From positions 224,001 through 288,000 of the forward strand of contig JBFMAF010000024.1 of the NCBI GenBank assembly GCA_040755995.1: a stretch of 64,000 nucleotides of DNA, given 5' to 3'. The translations under genes and the position numbers were made by a program. This document shows positions 9,101 to 17,500 of the stretch, one piece after another. The notes beneath the pieces are model-generated. The model did not search any database and was not told the DNA's origin. It was given only the letters and a program-made list of their open reading frames with translations. Position 1 is the stretch's first letter. Every line of letters begins with the position of its first letter. Origin of the DNA: Acidobacteriota bacterium (GTDB taxonomy: Bacteria; Acidobacteriota; CAIWXX01).

Positions 9101-9919
9101 TCATTGGGAGCTCACGGCGTCACGCGATTGCACGTCTGCGATCGAATCCAGCGGAGCCTGAGCGCGAGCGACCAATAGCTCCTCCAGTCTCAGCGCGGAT
9201 GGGTATTGATCGAGATGAAGACCCTGTGCGAGGAATCGTTCGAACCCGCCGCCGGCCTTCTCGGGCTCACCGCTGCATTTTTCACTCACACTGTCCAGCA
9301 CCCACCTCAGCACCGAAACGGCCTGTTCGGGTTCCTGTGCCAGGCCCAGCTCTCCGATCATTGCGCCCAGGGCATCGAGCGCCTCGAGCTTGACCTGCCC
9401 GGGTCCCATCGCGGCGAGGAAGCTCGTGAGTCCGATCAGGAGATCCCTGAAGTCCTCCAGCACCTGTCCGAACCATCCGTGCTCTCGCCACTCCACACGG
9501 TCCACCGTCTCGAACCAGGCACGGAATGATCGAGCCGGCAGGACCAACGGTTGCACCCTGGCCTGGTCGGTGCTCATCCCCGCTGCAATGTCGGTGGCCT
9601 TGAACAGGAGACGGCTCCAGAGGTTCGCATAGAACTGCTGCATCGGCGGTCCGAAGATGCAGCGCAGGAGGAACTCCCGGTCAGGCGACATCTTGATCCC
9701 CGTGTAGATTGCCTGGACCAGCGACTCGAGGACCGCCGCGCGACTGCCAGCGTCGCGAGAGCGTTCGACGGCCTGGAGCAGGTGCTGGATCGCTTCCTGG
9801 ATCGGACGCATCTCCGCCGGAAGCTCCAGGAACCAGCTAATACCATCCCTGACGCCCTGCACGTCGCCGGCAGAGGCGGCCGTCATGAGATCCCGCGGTG
9901 TCAGCATGAGTGTCGTCAT
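9101..9919 (-). CDS. Hypothetical all-helical protein (272 aa), preceded by the shared promoter motif
   Basis: GGAGGAGG RBS before ATG 9919, amphipathic helical pattern, no domain recognised. Confidence 0.65.
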   Translation of the reverse strand: MTTLMLTPRDLMTAASAGDVQGVRDGISWFLELPAEMRPIQEAIQHLLQAVERSRDAGSRAAVLESLVQAIYTGIKMSPDREFLLRCIFGPPMQQFYANLWSRLLFKATDIAAGMSTDQARVQPLVLPARSFRAWFETVDRVEWREHGWFGQVLEDFRDLLIGLTSFLAAMGPGQVKLEALDALGAMIGELGLAQEPEQAVSVLRWVLDSVSEKCSGEPEKAGGGFERFLAQGLHLDQYPSALRLEELLVARAQAPLDSIADVQSRDAVSSQ

Positions 9920-9978
9920 CGCAAGTCCTCCTCCAGAGGGCGAACCCGTTCGACCTGAGGGCGCCCTCATAATAGGTA

Positions 9979-10005
9979 GATTTGGCGAACAGGCCACATC
10001 TTGCG
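9979..10005 (-). promoter_or_regulatory. Putative ECF promoter motif, copy 1
   Basis: Plus strand gatttggcgaacaggccacatcttgcg; 60 nt upstream of ATG 9919; A-tract upstream on minus strand. Confidence 0.7.
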
Positions 10006-10215
10006 TCCTCTGGCGAAAATTTTTTTCAGGCACCGGGCTCTGATCCGAGGGGTCCGTCACTCACCAGGCGGGAGGCGCTGGACACTGACACACGGAGACG
10101 CGGAGAGGAGGACCGGCTTCGCCTTCGCCTTGCCGCCACTTGAATTCCGGCCGCCCGCCTGCTAAGAATAATGCACGTCCCGGGTTCGTTTCGCTGGCGC
10201 CGATAACTGGGGGGG

Positions 10216-13200
10216 ATGATCGCGATGGAGGAGGGCTGCTCTCGCTCTGCACCCCCACACCGCCGGGCGAGGGCTCGGGTGCCTACCCAGGTGTGCTGTG
10301 GATCGGCCTTGTTGGCTGTGCTCGGTTCGCAGTCCGCCGATCTCTCGTCTCGGGCGCCCCGCGCCATTCATGTTGGAGAGACGCTTGAGGCGGAGATCGC
10401 GGACCCAGAACACGCCCGCCTCCGGCCTTCTTTGGGCCCAGGGCACCGGTTCATTTTCGACGGCAGGGCAGGGCAGAGGCTGACCATCGGCGTGGAGTCA
10501 TTCGAGTTCGATTCGTATCTGATTCTTTTCGACCCGGCAGGCCGCGAGATCGCATTCAGCGATGACAGCGCCGGTTTCTCCAACGCGTGCATTCGGAGGC
10601 AGCTCCCCGCGGACGGCGAGTATCTGCTTGTCGTCTGCGGCGCGACCGCTGATCACCTCGGGACGTACTGGCTCACGGTACGAGAACGCGATCACGAGCC
10701 GGATTACAGTGAGCGGGCAGCGACTGCGTACTACCGTCGAGGACTGGCATGGGCATCAAGCCGCGGGAGCCGGCGCGCCGAGAGCTTCCTCAATCTGGTC
10801 ATGGGCAGGTACTATCGCGAGCGCGGGCGCTGGGGGCAGGCGGAGGACTGCTATGCCCGGAGTCGCGCCGCGGCCCAGACAGCCGATCTTGAGGTCGCGT
10901 TGTGCGCGGCCGCAATCGAACGCGGCAGGCTGATGACTCAGCGCATGCGCTATGACGCGGCCATCCGGGAGTTGCTGCGCGCACTAAGGCTGAGCGCCTC
11001 GCTGCGCGCGGCTGAAGACGCGCAGGCACAGGCCTACGCGCAGATAGGTGACATTTATCGGTCCATCGGTCGCTCCCCCGTTGCTTCCGTCTGGTACCGC
11101 AAAGCCGCAGAAGCGACATCTCCCGACGGCCCGGCTTCGACCCGAGCCAGGGTTTATTCGTCCCTGTTCAAGTCATCACTTACATCCGACAGGGACGAAG
11201 CATTCGGGTATGCGAAGTCGTGCCTTGCGATGCGAGATGCAGTTGATCCCGTGCAGCGTGTCACGATCACCGCCGATTGGGCGCGTGTGGAAGGCGCGAG
11301 GGGGCAGCCAGAGGAAGCCCTCAGATTGGCCGAAGAGGTGTGTCGCGCAGCGCGTTCGCTCGGCTGCCGGGACATCGAGATCTCCGCGCTCTCACTTGAG
11401 AGCCTGATCGCTTGGTCTCTGCGCGACATGGATGGGACCATCAAGGCCGCCCGATCCGCCGCCGCCCTAGCTCGGCCGGAAGACGAAGATTCCGGGTCCC
11501 TTCGCGTCGCGCTCCAGATGCAAGCGAGCGGCGAGATGCTCCGGGGCGACTACCAGGCGGCCCTTGCGTCGTGCCTTAAGGCGCTCCCACTAGTGGAGCG
11601 AGGCTGGGAACGTGAGCCCGTTCCTGAAGTGCGGCAGGGCTATGCGTCGCAGACGAGGGGGCTTTGCACCCAAATCATAAGATGTCTGGCCGCTCTGAAT
11701 GCACAGGAGCCGAAGACGGGACATGCTCGCATGGCCTTTGATTTCGCTGAGCGCACCAGATGCCGGTCGTTGCTCGAGGAATTGCACCGTGACGAGTTCG
11801 AGCGTCAGGGGATGCGCGCAGCGCTCGAAGCTGAACAGACGCCACTGATGGTGCGCCTGTCCGCCCTCAGCCGTCAGCTCGCAGTCGCTCGTAGTGACGA
11901 TATGAGCGATCAGGGATTGCTGGACCGGCTGGAGGAAGATCGCGCGAGGCTCGTGGCGCAGCGTATGCTTTTGGAGGCGAGATGGAATGGGCACAGTACT
12001 TGCGAGAGGGCGAATTTGCCGGTCCCGCTGACCTGTGACCAGCTACAGTCAGGCTTCCTGCGGCAGCGGCCCAATACCGCCATCCTCGTCTACCAGCTGG
12101 GCGTCAAAGAGAGCTTCCTTTTCCTTCTCAGCCGGAGCGACGTGCGCCTCCTCACTCTGCCGGACTGGAACTGCATCGGTGGGCTCGTCAGGCAATGGCG
12201 TTCCGCCATCGTCCAACAGCTTCGCTCAGATGCCGGTGACGTGCTTCAGGTGCGCCACTACGAGGATATCGCTCACAAGCTCTATGCGACATTGGTGCAG
12301 CCGGTGGCGGACCACATACGAGGAAGAGATCTGGTTTTCGTCGCCGATGGAGTCCTGCACGAATTGGCGTTCGAGAGTCTCGTCACGTCCAGAGCTGATG
12401 ATGCGAGCAGCTATGCCGGCCTTCGTTATCTGGTTGAGGACCACGCGATCACCTATGCTCCGTCCGTCACGATTCTGGTCGAGGCCGAGCGCAGGGCAAA
12501 CGTGCGGCCTCCACCCGCCAGGAATCTGCTGCTGGTGGGCGACGCGGTGTTCACACCGGATGATCCCCGCGCCGGTGTTCCCCCGTCTACGCCGTCCGTG
12601 AGCTCCAACACGGGAGCAGGCAGAAGGGCGATGGCACTTCGTGCCGGCATCGGGAGGCTGCCGGCAACACGTCAAGAGGTCCTGGGCATCTCGGAGCTGG
12701 CCGAGAAGAGCAGTTGGCATTCGACACTCTGGATGGGATTCGACGCGGCGGAAGGAAGGCTCAAGACCACGCGGCTGTCGCAATTCCGCATCGTGCACTT
12801 CGCGACTCATGCAACCGCAGACCCAGTGGACGGCGAGTTCTCGGGCATCCTCCTTTCGTATGATCGCGACTCCTCGGACGAGGACGGGCTCCTTTCCGCT
12901 GCTGAGGTGAGAAGCCTGGATCTCGATGCCGAACTTGTCGTGCTCAGCGGCTGTTCCACGGCCGCGGGCCAGCGGACAGGCGCTGAGGGAGTAATTGGGC
13001 TGAGTCGCGAGTTCATGATCGCCGGGGCTGAGCGCGTGTGCGCATCGCTTTGGGATGTCGAAGACGGGTCCACACAGCGGCTAATGGGCACCCTATATGG
13101 ACACCTCCTCTCCAGAGGCGACCCCCCGGGTTTCGCGTTGCGGCAGGTGAAGATCGAACTCCTGTCCGCTGGTCTCTCACCCAGTCGCTGGGCCGCCTTC

Positions 13201-13221
13201 GTCTTGGCGGGAGCGCTGTAG
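10216..13221 (+). CDS. PPC-domain/TPR/CHAT caspase-like protease
   Basis: PPC-like domain (FDGRAGQRLTI..FDSYLILFDP.G..IAFSDD), TPR-like helices, AFDFAERTRCRSL, CHAT motifs DGVLHELAF, HFATHA (His), VLSGCST (Cys), SLWDV, WAAF. Confidence 0.93.
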   Translation: MIAMEEGCSRSAPPHRRARARVPTQVCCGSALLAVLGSQSADLSSRAPRAIHVGETLEAEIADPEHARLRPSLGPGHRFIFDGRAGQRLTIGVESFEFDSYLILFDPAGREIAFSDDSAGFSNACIRRQLPADGEYLLVVCGATADHLGTYWLTVRERDHEPDYSERAATAYYRRGLAWASSRGSRRAESFLNLVMGRYYRERGRWGQAEDCYARSRAAAQTADLEVALCAAAIERGRLMTQRMRYDAAIRELLRALRLSASLRAAEDAQAQAYAQIGDIYRSIGRSPVASVWYRKAAEATSPDGPASTRARVYSSLFKSSLTSDRDEAFGYAKSCLAMRDAVDPVQRVTITADWARVEGARGQPEEALRLAEEVCRAARSLGCRDIEISALSLESLIAWSLRDMDGTIKAARSAAALARPEDEDSGSLRVALQMQASGEMLRGDYQAALASCLKALPLVERGWEREPVPEVRQGYASQTRGLCTQIIRCLAALNAQEPKTGHARMAFDFAERTRCRSLLEELHRDEFERQGMRAALEAEQTPLMVRLSALSRQLAVARSDDMSDQGLLDRLEEDRARLVAQRMLLEARWNGHSTCERANLPVPLTCDQLQSGFLRQRPNTAILVYQLGVKESFLFLLSRSDVRLLTLPDWNCIGGLVRQWRSAIVQQLRSDAGDVLQVRHYEDIAHKLYATLVQPVADHIRGRDLVFVADGVLHELAFESLVTSRADDASSYAGLRYLVEDHAITYAPSVTILVEAERRANVRPPPARNLLLVGDAVFTPDDPRAGVPPSTPSVSSNTGAGRRAMALRAGIGRLPATRQEVLGISELAEKSSWHSTLWMGFDAAEGRLKTTRLSQFRIVHFATHATADPVDGEFSGILLSYDRDSSDEDGLLSAAEVRSLDLDAELVVLSGCSTAAGQRTGAEGVIGLSREFMIAGAERVCASLWDVEDGSTQRLMGTLYGHLLSRGDPPGFALRQVKIELLSAGLSPSRWAAFVLAGAL

Positions 13222-13277
13222 ACGCCTGCGGCGACACAGCCTCCACTCGATGCCGTCTCGGTTGATCACCGGTCGCG

Positions 13278-13466
13278 TCAGGGCTTGCTGGGACTACAGC
13301 AGTCCGCCCCGAACAGACAACAATCGTCGTCCAGCGTCATGGGTGGGTTGATTGTGCGCACTCCCGCTTGGTTGTGCTGCAAGGGGCTTGGTGACGGCGT
13401 CCACGCTGGCGAAGCCAGCAGAAGTGTACCCAGCAGTCCCAGAATGATCCATCGTACTACCGACAT
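13278..13466 (-). CDS. Small secreted cysteine-rich peptide (62 aa)
   Basis: AAGGAGGA RBS before ATG 13466; signal peptide MSVVRWIILGLLGTLLLASPA; C-terminus DDDCCLFGADCCSPSKP; shared promoter motif upstream. Confidence 0.75.
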   Translation of the reverse strand: MSVVRWIILGLLGTLLLASPAWTPSPSPLQHNQAGVRTINPPMTLDDDCCLFGADCCSPSKP

Positions 13467-13579
13467 GGTTTCCTCCTTGTTGAATGAATGCCGTTGACCG
13501 ATCGCCTCGGCCGGCGGCGGTTGTGTTGTTTGACCGTGTTCCACCTGTAACCGTTGTTCATGTCCCTTCACCAAAGGAT

Positions 13580-13606
13580 GATTTGGCGAGAAGGGCACAT
13601 CTTGCG
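13580..13606 (-). promoter_or_regulatory. Putative ECF promoter motif, copy 2
   Basis: Plus strand gatttggcgagaagggcacatcttgcg, 24/27 identical to copy 1; A-tract upstream on minus strand. Confidence 0.72.
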
Positions 13607-13663
13607 TGCGGAGCATAGTTTTTTTTCCAAGGCGTCGCGCGGGTGCTGGCGACCTCACAACGT

Positions 13664-13813
13664 CTGCCGCTGAAGGGCACTCTCCGAGTGCTGCTCGATG
13701 GCAAGGAAGCAGACCTGATCGAGGAAGTGAAGCCGCTTCGGGACCGCCTCCACGAGCTCCGATCCCGCATCGCGCCGCACAGTCGCACCACCGTCCTGGA
13801 TCTGGCCGGCGAG
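13664..13813 (+). pseudogene. Remnant of DUF3368-type PIN-domain gene (C-terminal fragment)
   Basis: GTLRVLLDGKEADLIEEVKPLRDRL..SRIAP..VLDLAGE resembles the DUF3368 C-terminal pattern GTLGVLL.AK..GLI..VKP.LD.L..AGE; N-terminal part absent. Confidence 0.6.
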
Positions 13814-13934
13814 CCTGTAGCCGGGTCAGTGCGGGCCGCTTCGCGACCACCACACCAGCGGGCCGCCGTCCGCTGTTTCGGGGTTACGGCTGCGGACGAG
13901 GATGATGGATGGACTTGCTCCGGGCCGATCTCGC

Positions 13935-13962
13935 TGATATCATAATGGAGAGTATGATATCA
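13935..13962. promoter_or_regulatory. Perfect inverted repeat, probable TA operator
   Basis: TGATATCATA-N8-TATGATATCA, 23 nt before the antitoxin ATG. Confidence 0.75.
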
Positions 13963-13985
13963 AGGACACGGGGGAGGCAACTGGG

Positions 13986-14225
13986 ATGCGCACGATCATC
14001 ACTCTCGCGCCGGAAGACAAGGCGTGGCTCGACCGGGTGGCACGACAGCGTCACGTCCCGATGACTCGGATCGTCGCCCAGGCAGTCAAGGAGCTTCGAC
14101 GTGAATGGAGCTTTCTCGATCAGGATTTCGACCAGATACTTGACGAGACACGCGGCATCTGGAAACGAGCTGGCGGATTGACCTACCAGCGAATGCGCCG
14201 GGCCGAATGGGACAGGCGACAATGA
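13986..14225 (+). CDS. Ribbon-helix-helix (CopG-like) antitoxin, VapB-type
   Basis: MRTIITLAPEDKAWLDRVARQRHVPMTRIVAQAV; ATGA overlap with PIN toxin. Confidence 0.85.
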   Translation: MRTIITLAPEDKAWLDRVARQRHVPMTRIVAQAVKELRREWSFLDQDFDQILDETRGIWKRAGGLTYQRMRRAEWDRRQ

Positions 14226-14590
14226 GGCTGCTGCTCGATTCAGTGATCGTCATCGACCACTTCAACGGAGTCTCGAATGCTACAGCGTACCTCGCTGCCG
14301 TGCGAACGGAGGCTGCCGTGTCGGTGATAACTCGAGCGGAGGTCCTGGCGGGGCTCGATGACCTCGCTGCAGTCAAGGCCCAGCGTCTCCTCGACTGCTT
14401 CCCCACGCTGCCCATCGACAGAGAGGCGGCAGACCTCGCTGCGAGTCTCCGGCGCAGCCACCACTGGAGGCTCCCCGACGCATTTCAGGCTGCGCTCGCG
14501 CTCAGACACGGGCTCCTCCTCGTGACCCGGAACACGAAGGACTTCCCGCCTTCCAAGCACCGCTTCGTCCTCGTGCCGTATCGACTGTAG
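14222..14590 (+). CDS. vapC: PIN-domain toxin, VapC family
   Basis: LLDSVIVID, SVITRAEVL.G, LPDAFQAA.A, LVTRNTKDF. Confidence 0.92.
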   Translation: MRLLLDSVIVIDHFNGVSNATAYLAAVRTEAAVSVITRAEVLAGLDDLAAVKAQRLLDCFPTLPIDREAADLAASLRRSHHWRLPDAFQAALALRHGLLLVTRNTKDFPPSKHRFVLVPYRL

Positions 14591-17500
14591 GTGTCCGGAG
14601 GATGCCCGCTCCGATCCAGCGAGCAGGAGCGTGGTCGCGCACGCAGCGGGTACCGCAGACGGGGCACGGAGGTGTGGACGCGGTCGTCGGCTGCCTGGAC
14701 CCGCCATGCACGTCCTCGCAGTTGTGCGACATCTCATTCTCGCCCCGGGCGCCGGTCACGACTCTGACTATGCTGAAGGTCGCGTCGCTTTCGTCCCACG
14801 GATCCTTGTCCAGGTCGCTCACTCGTGTGAGACAGTTCGTAGATGTCGGAGTCACGACCGGCCACTGGCAACTTCCCGTGTTGACGATTCCCGCCTTGAT
14901 CCGGCTCCAACTCTGCCCGTTGTTCCGAGAAATGTCAACGTTCACATTCCGCACGTTGCCGCCGGTCGTCCAGGCGATCGTTGCCGTCGTTCCCACCTTG
15001 AGCTGCTCGCCTCCGTTCGGCGATGTCACCGTGATGCTCGGCCGGATCGAGAACGGCTCCTTCGTCTCGCCGCAGAACTTCATGTTCGCAGCATCGCTCA
15101 CCCGCAGATAGCACTCCGCGGCCTCCGGCTCCGTCACGATCCAACTCAGGCTTCCCTCGTTCGTGTAGGTCGTGTTCTTCGGGTCGATGTGCTTCCAGTC
15201 GCCGCCATCCCGCTTGATCTGTATCTTCACGTTCTTCGGCGTCCCGGACGGGCTCCACTTGATCGTGTAGCTCTTCCCGTTCCTCAGCACATCGCCGCCC
15301 ACCGGCTTCTTGATCGTGAAGCCGTCGTTGATCGGGAACTTCGCATCGGAGGTGTCGGCTGTGACACCGCCGGCGTCTTTGATCTCGATCAGGCATTCGG
15401 TCGACGCTGGGCCCGTGACCGGCCATGGCAGCTCGCCGCTATTGGGCACCGATTCGCGCCCCGGATGCAACGACTCCGAGTAAGGCGCCTTCCCGGTGCG
15501 GCTCAGCGAGACCTTCACGTTCTGAATCCGAGTCATGTCGCCGGGGTTCCACTTGATGGTCTGCTTCGTCCCGATCGTTAGCCCGTCGTTCTTCCCATTC
15601 GGCCATTCCACCTTGATCACCATCTGCTGCGGCACGATCGAGAATGGCTTGCTCATGGCCGACGGATCGGCGTCCCCTGGATCTTGGATACGGACGCGCC
15701 AGCCGTCCCCAGAAAGGCCCTCGGGCACCGGCGGCACCTCGCACAGATAGTGCCCGCTGTTCTCGCAGGATGGCACGACTTCGATCGTCTCCAGATCGTG
15801 GTCGGGCAGGTTCTTGATGAGGTCGATCCTCACGTGTTGGCACAGCGACACGCTCGTGGCCACCCACTCGATCCTGTACTTGTTGCCGACACCAAGCAGC
15901 TCTCCTCCTTCGGGTCTGGTCACTCTCAGAGTCGCTGGCGCGGCCACGATGCGGAAGTGCTCGTCGCTCTCGTCCTTCACGCCAGCCGTGATCTCCTCCA
16001 CGCGGATCCGGTACGCGTTGCCCGGCGCGTCGTCAACAATCCACCGGCAGGAAGTCACATAGCCCTTCTCTGCAATGGGCCGCACGCGCTCCGGGCTGCT
16101 AGAGTCGTCCACAAGAGAGATCCTCAGTCCCTTGCCGCTCGCGAAGTGTCCGGTCAGCTCCCAGCTGATCATCACCTCGGTGCCCGCCTGAAATGTCTGC
16201 CGTTCCAGCTCGGTGTTGTGTGGGGGCACCCTGCCGCCGTTGGGATAGAGGACCTTGATGGCTCGATTCGACGGCTCGATCGTGAACGTGCCATCGCTCA
16301 GATCCTGTGTGTCTTCATTCCCGGTGTGAATCCGTATCAGGCACTGCTCGGATGGCGCGTTCGGCACGCTCCACTTGAACGACTTGCTCTTCGGATCGAG
16401 CGCGTTGGCTCCGTCCACCGCCTTCCAGTTGGTCCCGTTGTCTGTGGAGTACTTGATCGCCATCGTCTGCGTGCCGAAGTCACCATCGGCGATCCACACG
16501 ATGTTGTGCTCGGTGAGCGCTTCCCAGTGCTCACCGCCGTTCGGCTCACGCACGGTGAGCTTCTTCTGGACGATCGAGAACGGCGCATCGCTCGTGTCTT
16601 CCTCGGGCCCGGCCGTGTTGCTGATGCGGATGTAGCATCTCCCGGCGGCGGTGTCGGCAGTCCACTTGCACTGGCGTGCGGCCGCGTCGAAGGATGACTT
16701 GATGACCTTGATCTGAGTCGCGTTGCCCACCGAGATGAGCAGCTCGATACGCACCGTGGCGATGTTCGACGTGGCTCGCCACTTGATGGTGGTGGACTTC
16801 CCCACGATAAGCGCTTCGCCTCCGTTGGGGTACTCCACCACGATCTCGCCGGTCACAACGGTGCCCTGCGGAGACCTGTCCGTCTTGAGACGCATCCCGC
16901 GATCGTCGTAGAGGTAGCTCGCAAGGAGCGGCAGCTCTGCCGTGCCCGCGTCCGGTGTCGTGTCGCCGTCCATCTCGGCCAGCAAGCTCGACATGTCGCT
17001 GCCCGCCTCCGCATTCATCTTCCGCACCTCCGCGAGGCGGTTCTGATTGTCCCAGACATACTGGTAGACGCCGTCGGACTTGAGATTGCCGCGGCCGTCA
17101 TAGGGCAGGCCGATGATCTGGTTCTTCCCGTTGAAGGTCTGCACCAAGGGCGAGCTCGTGCCCTCGGTGATCTGCCGGGCATTTCCCAGTCCGTCATACT
17201 GGTAGGCGATCGACGGCACTCGGCCGGCGCTGTTCGGAGTGTACTCCACCTTGGTCAGCCGGTTCAGGTCGTCGTACTCGAAGGTCGCGTCGAGCTGGGG
17301 ATTGGTGTCGGTGATCGACGTGATGTTGTAGTTGCCGTCATAGCCGTATACAGCGCGATAGAGGTTCTTCGTGGAATTTGCGAGCCGGGCACTGCCCAGG
17401 TGACCTGTCTTGAGGTAGGCGGCGGTGAACGTGGTCCCGTTGGCGAACCCGATGCTGGTCGGCTGCTTGTAGTCCGCATAAAGCGCAGAGTCGACGATGC

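Noticed and set aside
13457..13561. Short upstream ORF (MNNGYRWNTVK..) in the peptide-gene leader
   Set aside because: Only a weak RBS close to the predicted TSS and no recognisable features
13467..13853. N-terminal extension of the 191-aa ORF 13278-13853
   Set aside because: It runs through the promoter motif; the RBS and signal peptide indicate a start at 13466. The similar peptides RTQDV..SPN here and in ORF 9101-10060 are just the translated DNA motif
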